Below, in pieces: positions 1-9,185 of a DNA stretch of 53,829 bases. Position numbers and translations under genes: made by a program. Location: NCBI GenBank assembly GCA_964536365.1, contig CAZHWF010000002.1, forward strand, positions 1-53,829. The letters are read 5' to 3'. Positions within the stretch are counted from its first letter, which is position 1, and every line of letters begins with the position of its first letter. A model generated the notes under the pieces. The model searched no databases, was not told where the DNA came from, and saw nothing but the letters and a program-made list of their open reading frames with translations. Origin of the DNA: an uncultured Polynucleobacter sp. (GTDB taxonomy: Bacteria > Pseudomonadota > Gammaproteobacteria > Burkholderiales > Burkholderiaceae).

Positions 1-1
1 G

Positions 2-36
2 AAAGCCCCATGAGAAATCTTGGGGCTTTTTCTTTT
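2..36 (+). terminator. Rho-independent terminator of an element upstream of the window (possibly a tRNA); could also act on ppc from the other side
   Basis: AAAGCCCCA-tgagaaatct-TGGGGCTTT stem followed by TTCTTTT. Confidence 0.75.
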
Positions 37-252
37 GGGGCTGGGAAATGTGTGAGGACTGTTGGTAACAACGTGGCGTCTAATAGGCGTTAGTTGGGTT
101 AGGATGATTACGCTGAATGACCGTGAGCGACTTGTAGGTGTCGCGTTTCAGGACAATTGTGGTGATTTGTCGGGTAAACCGACATTACTAGACGTGGTTA
201 GCAATGGACTGCAATCGACCCATAAGAGACTTTGGCAGATCCCACCCGAGAA

Positions 253-3069
253 TTAGCCCGTATTTCTCAATCCAGCCGCAATACCATTAATCGCAATATG
301 GATGCCTCTTTGCACTCGCTCATCATGCTTACCAGCACGGTAACGTCTGACTAACTCGACTTGCAGGTGATGAAGCGGATCAATATAAGGAAAGCGGTTG
401 CGTATTGATCTGGCTAATGCAGGATTTTTTGCTAAACGCACTTTTTCTCCAGTCACTAAGTTCAGTGCATTCACCGTCTTATGCCATTCATCTTCAATAG
501 CCCCAAAGATCTTTTTGCGCAACTTGGCATCTGGAACTAATTCGCTATATCTAGAAGCCAAAGCCAGATCACTCTTGGCTAGTGCCATATCCATATTGGA
601 TAAAAGCGTTCTAAAAAATGGCCATTCTTTGTACATTCTCTGAAGCAAGCTTAAAGCAGCTTTCTTATCGGTTGCTTTAGGCTGATTGAGAAACTGCTCC
701 ACTGCCGAACCAAATCCGTACCAACCCGGCAAAGTCAGTCGGCACTGCCCCCAACTAAATCCCCAAGGAATCGCTCTTAAGTCTTCAATCTTCTGACTTG
801 CCTTACGACTTGCGGGCCGAGAACCAATATTCAGTTTAGCAATTTCCCGAATGGGTGTGGCATCAAAGAAGTACTCTGCAAATCCAGGAGTTTCATACAC
901 CAGGCTACGATAAGCATTCATGCTCGCTTGCGATATTTGAGCTGCGGCATCCAAGAATGCTTTGCTTGCGGGCTTAGCCGGTTTTAACAGTGTTGCCTCT
1001 AATGTGGCGGCAACCAATGTTTCAAGATTGCGCCTACCAATCTCGGGATTGGCGTACTTTGATCCAATGACTTCACCCTGCTCTGTTAAACGAATTTGAC
1101 CGCGCACTGTACCAGGAGGTTGCGCCAGAATCGCCTCATAACTTGGGCCGCCGCCACGACCCACTGTGCCACCTCTGCCATGGAATAAACGCAGTTTTAC
1201 GCCATGCTTTTCTTCCAAGGGCGCAAACACCTCTACCAAAGCAAGCTCAGCGCAATAGAGCTCCCAATTACTGGTGACAATGCCGCCATCCTTATTGGAG
1301 TCGGAGTAACCCAACATAATGTCTTGCTCGGCGCCAGATCGCTTTACTAAATCGAGAATACCCGGCAAGGCATAAAAATCTCGCATGATGGGAGCGGCAT
1401 TACGCAAATCTTCAATCGTCTCAAAGAGCGGAACAACAATTAAATCAGTCGCAGGTTTTTTACCTAAAGTCCCCTGCATTAAACCGACTTCTTTTTGAAG
1501 CAATAAGACTTCCAATAAGTCACTGACAGTTTCAGTATGGCTGATGATGTAGTGGCGAATCGTGTCATTGCCAAAGAGCTGGCGCATTTTCTGGGCCATC
1601 TCAAAAATCGCAATCTCCGACACCGCAAAATCAGAGTACTGATGACCCACCACACGAAGCGGTCTTGGATCTTTTAAGAGGGATAGCAGGAGTACCCGTT
1701 TTTGCTCTTCAGAAAGACTAGAGTAATCCTGTTCAATTGAGGCAGCAGCGAGTAATTGGGCGAGCACAGCCTCATGCATATCCGAGCTTTGACGTAAATC
1801 CACAGTAGCTAAATGAAAACCAAATACCTCAACCGTTCTGACTAGGCCACGCAGGCGACGGTCCGATAAGGCCTTAGCACCCTGCGATACCAAGGAGGCC
1901 TCAATGGTTTTAAGGTCGGATAAAAATTCTTGCGCGCTGGTATAAGGGTTTTGGGGAGCTACGGCATGACGGGCCGCATCTGTACCAGTGAGCGCCTTCA
2001 GAGTAGCCGCTAGCCTGGAATACATTCCGGTTAATGCTCTACGGTAGGGCTCATCTTGGCGATGCTCATTAGTATCTGGTGAGGCAGCGGCAAGCTCTTG
2101 CATCTGCTTGGGGAACTTCAGGAGTAATGCGGAAACTGACAGCTCTCTACCTAAATGATGCACCTCAGTTAAATAGTGGCGCAATACCATCTCAGCCTGT
2201 CTTGAGATCGCGTACTCCAGCGTCTTGGCACTGACGTTAGGGTTGCCATCGCGATCCCCGCCAATCCATTGCCCCATTTTCAGAAAACTCGCTACAGCAT
2301 TACCCGCAAGCAAATCCTCCAATTGAGCATAGATCTTCGGAATTTCTCTCAAGAAAGTTGTCTCGTAATACGTTAGCGCATTCTCGATCTCATCAGCAAC
2401 CGTAAGCTTAGTAAATCGCAGTAGACGGGTATGCCAGAGCTGAAGTACGCGAGCCCGAATCTGCTCCTCATTAACCTTAAGCTCTTTGTTGAGTAAGGCA
2501 TCCTTTTGGGGATTATTCGCTCTAGAGGATTCTTTAATCTGATCACGCGCTGTCAATAAATTGGCAATATCGCGCTCAGCTTCCAAAATACTCGTTCTTT
2601 GTACTTCGGTTGGATGTGCGGTCAGCACTGGTGATATCAAGCTCTCTTCCAATGTCTTGGAGATCATCTTGCTTGTCACGCCAGCCGCATGAAGTTTTTT
2701 CATGGCGACGGGGATACTACCGTCTTGATAACTGCCCATGCGCTCATAAGCTACCCGGCGGCGAATGTGGTGCCTATCTTCCGCTAGATTAGCTAAATGA
2801 CTAAAGTAGGTGAAGGCTCTGAGCACCTTCATAGCGCTGTCGCTACTCAATCCCTTGAGTAGTTTAGTGAGCTCTTGATTGGCTTTCTGGTTGGCATCCC
2901 GATGAAAGGAAACAGATAGCTTTCTGACTTGCTCCACTAACCCATAAACAGCCTCACCCTCTTGCTCACGGACAATATCACCCAGAATCTTTCCTAAAAG
3001 CCGAATGTCATCAGTTAAGGGGACCTCCGCTTTTTTTAACTCCGTTGCAGATCTTTTAATGTCCTTCAC
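253..3069 (-). CDS. ppc: Phosphoenolpyruvate carboxylase
   Basis: 938 aa; [51 protein letters not shown] and C-terminal AAGLRNTG motifs. Confidence 0.98.
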   Translation of the reverse strand: MKDIKRSATELKKAEVPLTDDIRLLGKILGDIVREQEGEAVYGLVEQVRKLSVSFHRDANQKANQELTKLLKGLSSDSAMKVLRAFTYFSHLANLAEDRHHIRRRVAYERMGSYQDGSIPVAMKKLHAAGVTSKMISKTLEESLISPVLTAHPTEVQRTSILEAERDIANLLTARDQIKESSRANNPQKDALLNKELKVNEEQIRARVLQLWHTRLLRFTKLTVADEIENALTYYETTFLREIPKIYAQLEDLLAGNAVASFLKMGQWIGGDRDGNPNVSAKTLEYAISRQAEMVLRHYLTEVHHLGRELSVSALLLKFPKQMQELAAASPDTNEHRQDEPYRRALTGMYSRLAATLKALTGTDAARHAVAPQNPYTSAQEFLSDLKTIEASLVSQGAKALSDRRLRGLVRTVEVFGFHLATVDLRQSSDMHEAVLAQLLAAASIEQDYSSLSEEQKRVLLLSLLKDPRPLRVVGHQYSDFAVSEIAIFEMAQKMRQLFGNDTIRHYIISHTETVSDLLEVLLLQKEVGLMQGTLGKKPATDLIVVPLFETIEDLRNAAPIMRDFYALPGILDLVKRSGAEQDIMLGYSDSNKDGGIVTSNWELYCAELALVEVFAPLEEKHGVKLRLFHGRGGTVGRGGGPSYEAILAQPPGTVRGQIRLTEQGEVIGSKYANPEIGRRNLETLVAATLEATLLKPAKPASKAFLDAAAQISQASMNAYRSLVYETPGFAEYFFDATPIREIAKLNIGSRPASRKASQKIEDLRAIPWGFSWGQCRLTLPGWYGFGSAVEQFLNQPKATDKKAALSLLQRMYKEWPFFRTLLSNMDMALAKSDLALASRYSELVPDAKLRKKIFGAIEDEWHKTVNALNLVTGEKVRLAKNPALARSIRNRFPYIDPLHHLQVELVRRYRAGKHDERVQRGIHIAINGIAAGLRNTG

Positions 3070-3827
3070 TTAATTGATCCCTTTCTACGTATGGCACTCT
3101 GGCTGCGCTCAAACTCTTCTGCGCTGGCCTTCATACTTTCTTTTACATACTTAATATGTACTCTAGAAACTTCAAGAGCCTTCTCGGGGAGGCGATTTCT
3201 AATAGCCGACCAAATACCAAGGTGCTGGGCTTCCAGATGCATCCTATCTTTAGGTCTTGCATTTAGGTACTTTAGATTTCGAGTTACATGACTATTAATT
3301 AACTTTAATAAAGTTGCACTCAAATGGCCAATCAAAACATTATGAGAAGCTTCAGCTATAGCTTGATGAAATTCCACATCCGCATTCACCATCTCCGATA
3401 ATTCTCCATCAGCGTATGCCTTGCTGACTTTGATGTAGGCCTTCTCTAAATTTTGCAAATCAGCATCAGTAGCTCGTTGCGCAGCAAAGCATGCTGCCTG
3501 ACCCTCAAGCATGTCTCGAAAATCTAATATGTCATCTTGAATATTGGGATGCTTAAACAACATCTCCTGCCAGGAATCTGCAAATGATGAATCGAGCTTG
3601 TCTGTAACAACCGTCCCACCACCATGACGTGTATGAAGCAAACCCTTAGTTACCAGCGTTTTAATGGCCTCTCGAATAGTTGGCCTCGAAACCCCTAACT
3701 CTAGAGCTAGATCTCTTTCAGAGGGAAGCTGATCACCAGGCCTTAAAGAGCCTTCCAGAATTTGCACCTCAATGACCTTCACCACCTTGTCTGAGATGCG
3801 TTCTTTATCTCGAATAAATTCTCTCAT
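3066..3827 (-). CDS. lldR: GntR/FadR-family regulator (LldR/GlcC-like)
   Basis: [21 protein letters not shown] winged HTH plus FCD domain ([14 protein letters not shown]); divergent from lldD-lldP. Confidence 0.85.
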   Translation of the reverse strand: MREFIRDKERISDKVVKVIEVQILEGSLRPGDQLPSERDLALELGVSRPTIREAIKTLVTKGLLHTRHGGGTVVTDKLDSSFADSWQEMLFKHPNIQDDILDFRDMLEGQAACFAAQRATDADLQNLEKAYIKVSKAYADGELSEMVNADVEFHQAIAEASHNVLIGHLSATLLKLINSHVTRNLKYLNARPKDRMHLEAQHLGIWSAIRNRLPEKALEVSRVHIKYVKESMKASAEEFERSQSAIRRKGSIK

Positions 3828-3845
3828 TTGGTAAGACCACTTTAC
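3827..3845. promoter_or_regulatory. LldR/PdhR-type operator 1
   Basis: tttGGTAAGACCActttac with TGGT-N3-ACCA palindrome, abutting the lldR start codon. Confidence 0.75.
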
Positions 3846-3953
3846 TTTTTTGTTTCACTATTTGAAATCCTACCAAATTCCAGCTATTAAACCCATATAT
3901 AAGGGAATATACCTACATTTGATATGTTTCACTCTACTCACAATATGCTTTGT

Positions 3954-3972
3954 TTTGGTATTACCACTTTAC
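3954..3972. promoter_or_regulatory. LldR/PdhR-type operator 2
   Basis: tttGGTATTACCActttac, 17/19 identical to operator 1, just upstream of the lldD RBS (AGGAG). Confidence 0.8.
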
Positions 3973-3996
3973 CATTAAAGATATTACAGGAGCAAC

Positions 3997-5142
3997 ATGG
4001 CAATCATCACCAATATCGAAGACCTGCGGGTGCTTCATCAAAAACGTACCCCCAAGATGTTCTATGACTACGCCGACTCCGGCTCTTGGACTGAATCCAC
4101 CTATCGCGCTAACGAATCCGATTTTCAGAAGATCAAACTGCGTCAGCGCGTTGCCGTGGATATGACCAATCGCACCACTAAAACAACCATGGTGGGTCAA
4201 GAGGTAAAGATGCCGGTAGCATTAGCCCCGACCGGGTTGACCGGCATGCAACACGCCGATGGGGAGATTTTGGCTGCCCGTGCCGCGGAAAAATTCGGCG
4301 TTCCCTTCTGCTTATCCACGATGAGCATTTGCTCGATTGAAGATGTGGCGGAGCGCACCACTAAACCTTTTTGGTTTCAGCTCTACGTTATGAAAGATCG
4401 TGGCTTTATTGAGCGCCTGATTGAGCGCGCCAAAGCCGCCAAGTGCTCCGCCTTAGTTCTCACCTTAGATTTACAAATTTTGGGGCAACGCCATAAAGAC
4501 TTGAAAAATGGTTTGTCTGCGCCTCCAAAGCTGACGATCGCCAACATGATCAATATGATGACCAAACCACGCTGGTGCATGGGCATGGCGATGACTCCCC
4601 GCAGAACCTTCCGCAATATTGTGGGTCATGCCACCGGGGTGGGCAACATGTCCTCTCTCTCTTCCTGGACGGCCGAGCAGTTTGATCCAGGCCTCAATTG
4701 GGGTGACGTTGAGTGGATTAAAAAACTCTGGGGTGGCAAGTTAATTATTAAAGGCATCTTGGATGAAGAGGATGCTCGCTTTGCCGCCAACTCCGGAGCG
4801 GATGCTTTGATTGTCTCCAATCACGGTGGCCGTCAATTAGATGGCGCCATCTCCAGTATCAAAGCATTACCCGGCATTGTGAATGCCGTTGGCAAAGATA
4901 TCGAAGTGTGGATGGATGGCGGTATTCGATCTGGACAGGATGTTTTGAAGGCCTGGGCGCTAGGCGCGCGCGGCACCATGATTGGTCGTCCTTTCCTCTA
5001 TGGCTTGGGCGCCATGGGCGAAGCAGGTGTTACCAAATGCTTAGAACTCATTCACAACGAATTGGATATCACCATGGCATTTACAGGGCATCGTGATATT
5101 CAGAATGTGACTAAAGATATTTTGTATCCGGGGACTTTTTAA
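3997..5142 (+). CDS. lldD: FMN-dependent L-lactate (alpha-hydroxy acid) dehydrogenase
   Basis: SNHGGRQLD, WFQLY and DGGIRSGQDV motifs; next to lactate permease. Confidence 0.93.
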   Translation: MAIITNIEDLRVLHQKRTPKMFYDYADSGSWTESTYRANESDFQKIKLRQRVAVDMTNRTTKTTMVGQEVKMPVALAPTGLTGMQHADGEILAARAAEKFGVPFCLSTMSICSIEDVAERTTKPFWFQLYVMKDRGFIERLIERAKAAKCSALVLTLDLQILGQRHKDLKNGLSAPPKLTIANMINMMTKPRWCMGMAMTPRRTFRNIVGHATGVGNMSSLSSWTAEQFDPGLNWGDVEWIKKLWGGKLIIKGILDEEDARFAANSGADALIVSNHGGRQLDGAISSIKALPGIVNAVGKDIEVWMDGGIRSGQDVLKAWALGARGTMIGRPFLYGLGAMGEAGVTKCLELIHNELDITMAFTGHRDIQNVTKDILYPGTF

Positions 5143-5184
5143 GTTTTAAAACAATATTCATATATTTAGAAAAGGAAACACAAA

Positions 5185-6846
5185 ATGATCTGGCAGCAAG
5201 TGTATAACCCAATGGGGAATATGTTCCTCTCAACCTTATGTGCATCAATACCCGTCATTGTCATGTTAGTTGGCCTAGGCTTTTTGCATATGAAGGCTCA
5301 CATAGCTGCGGGACTAGGTTTAGTATTTGCCATTCTGATAGCCGTCTTAGTTTTTGGAATGCCACTTGAAATGGCAAGCAAATCTGCCATCCTTGGCGGT
5401 TTGACTGGCCTACTTCCGATTGGCTGGATTGTCCTAAACATTATTTTTCTCTACCAATTAACCGAACAAAATGGCTCTTTCAAAATTCTGCAAGATTCTA
5501 TCGCTGGAATCACGGAAGACCGTCGTTTGCAATTACTCTTGATTGCTTTCGCATTTGGTGCGTTCTTTGAAGGTGCGGCCGGTTTTGGCACACCAGTTGC
5601 CGTTACAGCCGCAATCTTAATTGGTCTGGGTTTTTCGCCACTTGCAGCCTCAGGACTCTCTTTGATTGCCAATACCGCACCTGTGGCCTATGGGGCTCTT
5701 GGCACCCCAATCATCACAATGGCCAAAGTACATGGTTACGACCTGATGGCCCTCTCAGGCATGGTTGGACGTCAATTACCCCTCTTTTCTTTCTTGGTGC
5801 CTTTCTGGTTAATTTGGGCTTTTGCTGGTCGCAAGGCCATGATGCAAATTTGGCCAGCTATCGTAGTAACTGGTCTATCTTTTGCTCTCTCCCAGTTTTA
5901 TGTATCCAATTACATAGGACCTGAGTTAGTTGATGTAATAGCAGCCCTCGTATCGATGATTAGCCTAGTGCTCTTCCTGAAAGTATGGTCGCCAAAAGAA
6001 ATCTGGAGATCTACTAGCTTGAAAAACCATGAAGAGACGCCAATCTCCGCAGAAAACTTAAAAGCTCCAACAGTGCATTCCCGCGGTGAAGTGATTCGCG
6101 CATGGATGCCCTGGATTATTTTGACTGTATTTGTTTTCATTTGGGGATTACCTAGCGTCAAGGCATTTTTCAATGGGATTTATGCTCCAAAATTCCCTAT
6201 TGATGGCCTACACAACATGATAGAAAAAGTAGCGCCAGCAGTAGCAAACCCAACCAAAGAGGCTGCAGTTTATGTATTTGGCTTATTGTCAGCTACAGGC
6301 ACAGGTATTTTGCTTGCTGCAATTGTTGGCGGCCTATTCATGAAATACAACCCTCTTAAACTCGTCACGAGTTACTTTAAAACCATTTGGAATATTCGCC
6401 TCTCGTTGCTAACAATTGTCTTAATGCTTGGCTTGGGAACAGTCACCAGATATTCCGGTCTTGATACAACCTTAGGTCTAGCATTCGCAACTACCGGGGT
6501 CTTGTATCCATTCTTTGGAACTTTGATGGGTTGGTTGGGTGTCGCTCTAACAGGTTCAGATACCGCATCAAACGTACTATTTGGCGGAATGCAAAGAGTT
6601 GCCGCCGATCAATTAGGTCTTAGTCCGAACCTAATGGGTGCTGCGAATAGCTCTGGCGGGGTTATGGGTAAGATGATTGATGCGCAGTCGATTGTTGTTG
6701 CCTCAACCGCCACCCGTTGGTATGGTCATGAAGGTGACATCTTGCGATATGTATTCTTCCACTCAATCGCCCTTGCATCGCTTGTAGGCATCTTTATCAC
6801 CCTTCAAGCATATGTTTATCCATTTACCGAAATGGTCATCAAGTAA
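5185..6846 (+). CDS. lldP: L-lactate permease (LctP family)
   Basis: AFFEGAAGFGTP, ANTAPVAYGALG, LTGSDTASN and GGVMGKMI motifs; polytopic hydrophobic protein. Confidence 0.95.
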   Translation: MIWQQVYNPMGNMFLSTLCASIPVIVMLVGLGFLHMKAHIAAGLGLVFAILIAVLVFGMPLEMASKSAILGGLTGLLPIGWIVLNIIFLYQLTEQNGSFKILQDSIAGITEDRRLQLLLIAFAFGAFFEGAAGFGTPVAVTAAILIGLGFSPLAASGLSLIANTAPVAYGALGTPIITMAKVHGYDLMALSGMVGRQLPLFSFLVPFWLIWAFAGRKAMMQIWPAIVVTGLSFALSQFYVSNYIGPELVDVIAALVSMISLVLFLKVWSPKEIWRSTSLKNHEETPISAENLKAPTVHSRGEVIRAWMPWIILTVFVFIWGLPSVKAFFNGIYAPKFPIDGLHNMIEKVAPAVANPTKEAAVYVFGLLSATGTGILLAAIVGGLFMKYNPLKLVTSYFKTIWNIRLSLLTIVLMLGLGTVTRYSGLDTTLGLAFATTGVLYPFFGTLMGWLGVALTGSDTASNVLFGGMQRVAADQLGLSPNLMGAANSSGGVMGKMIDAQSIVVASTATRWYGHEGDILRYVFFHSIALASLVGIFITLQAYVYPFTEMVIK

Positions 6847-6854
6847 GTAAAAAC

Positions 6855-6884
6855 AAAATAACCCAGGCAACTGGGTTATTTTTT
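6855..6884 (+). terminator. Rho-independent terminator of lldDP
   Basis: AAAATAACCCAG-gcaa-CTGGGTTATTTT plus further T residues. Confidence 0.9.
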
Positions 6885-6888
6885 GCAA

Positions 6889-7293
6889 ATGTCCAAAACG
6901 AATTTAGTTATTGAAATTTTGTACTCTTCACCCAAGAGAGGTTCACACCCCTTTAGTAATCTAGTTGAAAATTTAGAGGAAATTAGAAAAATTCATGGGG
7001 TCACCTCAAAAAATGCATTAAATAAATTTTTAACTATTGCATCTTTTGAAGAGCAAGATGCCTATTACAAAGAAGTGGTTAAGTATCTGAGCAAGGACTT
7101 ATGTCACCAGATCTTAAGTACCAGAATTAGCCCATCAGAAAAGCAATGGAGGTTATTAAGCTTTGTTGCCCTATGTAGAGAGTGCTTCATAGAAACATCA
7201 CTTAATCATTTTCTTGGTGCAAGTGATGCAGTTCTTAACCCCATTTATAAATCGTATCAAGAAAAAATTAAGAAGTTACGAGACAGTAAATAG
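6889..7293 (+). CDS. Hypothetical protein (AT-rich orphan)
   Basis: Open frame of about 134 aa; the track's TTG start lies inside the terminator so ATG 6889 is preferred; no motif recognised. Confidence 0.45.
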   Translation: MSKTNLVIEILYSSPKRGSHPFSNLVENLEEIRKIHGVTSKNALNKFLTIASFEEQDAYYKEVVKYLSKDLCHQILSTRISPSEKQWRLLSFVALCRECFIETSLNHFLGASDAVLNPIYKSYQEKIKKLRDSK

Positions 7294-7451
7294 AGAAGGT
7301 CATTAAATATGCAATGGTTGAGCGCCAACAGTTAATATTTTCCCAATCCAACAATAATCACCGGCTTCTAATGGCCGAAAGCGGCCACTCATCCATATGA
7401 TAGTTTTCTAATTTATGTATTAAGTTGAGCCTGTCTGGGCCAATTAAACAG

Positions 7452-7496
7452 CTTTAGCCCCGTTGGTCGCGAGTTCGAATCTCGCCCGACCCACCA
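7452..7496 (+). repeat. Degenerate 3' half of tRNA-Lys (att-like direct repeat, copy 1)
   Basis: ...TTGGTCGCGAGTTCGAATCTCGCCCGACCCACCA: intact T-arm (GCGAG-TTCGAAT-CTCGC), acceptor strand and CCA; no D-arm or 5' acceptor strand upstream. Confidence 0.88.
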
Positions 7497-7503
7497 GCAT
7501 TAC

Positions 7504-7531
7504 AAAGCCTCGCCTCTTGCGGGGTTTTTTT
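7504..7531 (+). terminator. Terminator following the tRNA fragment (may also serve the convergent toxin gene)
   Basis: AAAGCCTCGC-ctctt-GCGGGGTTTT plus T-tract. Confidence 0.8.
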
Positions 7532-7612
7532 CTTCTTCAATAATCATCAAAAAAGCTTCTTTACATCTGTTTAAGGCCTATTATTTACTGGCAAATCAAA
7601 TCAAATCCACTC

Positions 7613-8278
7613 TCACTTAAGTGAGCCCAGGAATGTAGTCGCTCTTTGCGCTGCCTCGTCGTAACCTAGTCTGTAATTGAGCACATCAATTTCAGAGAAC
7701 TGGGCTTTTAGTAGTACCGCCCTGCTAGCAATCTGACTAATAAATTGCTCAGCATTCTTTCGCAAGAACTTAGCAGCTTTTGCCAAGGCCTCAGGTTCAC
7801 GCTCTATAACCAAAGACAGATCAAATAAATCACGAGCAGTTGCCCTATCACCTCGATGCCATAATTTCTTCGCCACAATCTCCACAGCAGTTTCCACCCG
7901 AATATGCTGCCCACCAATATTCCATATCTCAAATGGAGCTTCAGTTAGATTTGGGGATGCCACAAAATCAATCTCCCCTTCTGGACGAATTAACTTAACG
8001 TAAGAACTCTGATCTTCAACATAGTCAGTACTTACTGCAGCAGCTACATCGCTCAAGCGCGGAGTAGCAAATCCTAGATACTGAGGATCAGGTACAAAAA
8101 TATCAATGTCTTTACTATGACGATGCTGATAACGAAACATCAACACTGTGCCTCCGCCAAAAGTCCAGAATGGTTCAGGCGTTCCGTGATTCTTAATATC
8201 CTCAATAATAGAAAGCGCATGGGGCAGCAAATCTTTCCATACACCCTCAGGAAGATCGGGCTCCATAATATTACTCAT
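7613..8278 (-). CDS. Nucleotidyltransferase, AbiEii/AbiGii (MenT-like) toxin family
   Basis: FGGGTVL, HRHSKDIDIF, EIVAKKL and RATARDLFDL motifs. Confidence 0.9.
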   Translation of the reverse strand: MSNIMEPDLPEGVWKDLLPHALSIIEDIKNHGTPEPFWTFGGGTVLMFRYQHRHSKDIDIFVPDPQYLGFATPRLSDVAAAVSTDYVEDQSSYVKLIRPEGEIDFVASPNLTEAPFEIWNIGGQHIRVETAVEIVAKKLWHRGDRATARDLFDLSLVIEREPEALAKAAKFLRKNAEQFISQIASRAVLLKAQFSEIDVLNYRLGYDEAAQRATTFLGSLK

Positions 8279-8281
8279 AGA

Positions 8282-8764
8282 TTAAGCCCAAGCCGATCTT
8301 GGTGAGTGCATCTCATGCGCCCACCGTTGAATATTTTTCCAAATAACTTTGGGTGCCACGCGATTAATCTTCGCCGCCTCCTCAACTGCAGACACAATAA
8401 TCTCTAATGGCGCTTCATCCAATAAAGATGCCACATGAGGATAGATATTCTCAGGCAACTCTCCGCACACCAATGAACGTGATAAGTCACTACTTTGTAG
8501 CCTTGTCCTGTAACTTACGCTTGCCGTCTTACTTGCCATATCAAGGCCATGGTGCTTTTTATGATGTTCTTGAGTAATTACATCCAAACCCAGCAAAGAC
8601 AGCAAAGACAGCAACTTAGCTGCGCCCAAATCATTCAAACTACCCTTCTCTAAATGATGGATGGTTGATCTCGAAAGGCCACAAAGCTTTGCCAACCGCT
8701 CTTGAGATAAACCCAGATCAGTACGGCGTTGCCCAACTTTCAGACCGATTTCGCGTAAGTTCAT
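8282..8764 (-). CDS. XRE-family HTH protein, putative antitoxin
   Basis: RRTDLGLSQERLAKLCGLSRSTIHHLEKG HTH; 3 bp upstream of the toxin; ATG 8764 preferred over the track start. Confidence 0.85.
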   Translation of the reverse strand: MNLREIGLKVGQRRTDLGLSQERLAKLCGLSRSTIHHLEKGSLNDLGAAKLLSLLSLLGLDVITQEHHKKHHGLDMASKTASVSYRTRLQSSDLSRSLVCGELPENIYPHVASLLDEAPLEIIVSAVEEAAKINRVAPKVIWKNIQRWAHEMHSPRSAWA

Positions 8765-8770
8765 AGTTGC

Positions 8771-8802
8771 ACTATAGCATAAATTGTGTAATATATTACA
8801 CA
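8771..8802 (-). promoter_or_regulatory. TA promoter with palindromic operator
   Basis: Extended -10 TGcTATAGT ending 6 nt before the ATG; perfect 18-bp palindrome TGTGTAATATATTACACA (8785-8802) over the -35 position. Confidence 0.75.
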
Positions 8803-8945
8803 TTATTTAAATAGGGATAATCTACCATTTCCCAAGATTTGAAGTCAGACTAAGGCTTTGAACTATTTACCGAGAGGCAATCGCACACCTGTTTTAACCA
8901 ACTAGTAAGCATTAATTTATATAGGGTTTTGAATAGCCGCGACGT

Positions 8946-9012
8946 CTTTTAACCCCTTGGTCGCGAGTTCGAAAATGAAGTTTCGGCGGAGCCAATCTCG
9001 CCCGACCCACCA
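8946..9012 (+). repeat. 3' half of tRNA-Lys(UUU) with a 22-bp insertion in the T-loop (att-like direct repeat, copy 2)
   Basis: CTTTTAA anticodon loop, TTGGTCGCGAGTTCG [AAAATGAAGTTTCGGCGGAGCC] AATCTCGCCCGACCCACCA. Confidence 0.88.
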
Positions 9013-9031
9013 GTTATACAAAAGCCCCTTG

Positions 9032-9067
9032 GTTGGACATAACGTCCAACTTTTGGGGGTCAGTTCA
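9032..9067. mobile_element. IS3-family (IS150-like) terminal inverted repeat remnant
   Basis: GTCCAACTTTTGGGGGTCAGTTCA (9044-9067) resembles IS150-group ends and terminates in CA; an inverted GTTGGAC lies 5 bp upstream; no transposase. Confidence 0.6.
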
Positions 9068-9185
9068 TAGAAGTGACCTTAACTTGTGTAAGATTTTGAC
9101 TGAAAGCCAATGCCAAGCGAACTAGCTTGTGTTTAGAAAATAATCCGCCTATTCTTAGGCATATAGTTATAAATTCCAAATACAA

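Noticed and set aside
62-256. 64-aa ORF and small hairpins downstream of ppc
   Set aside because: TTG start, no recognisable motif; hairpins are short and match no RNA family I know
3997-5142. lldD looks GC-richer than its neighbours, suggesting separate origin
   Set aside because: Only judged by eye on a few lines; could reflect codon bias of a highly expressed gene
7452-9012. Functional tRNA genes
   Set aside because: Both copies lack the 5' acceptor strand and D-arm; copy 1 has a damaged anticodon arm and copy 2 a T-loop insertion
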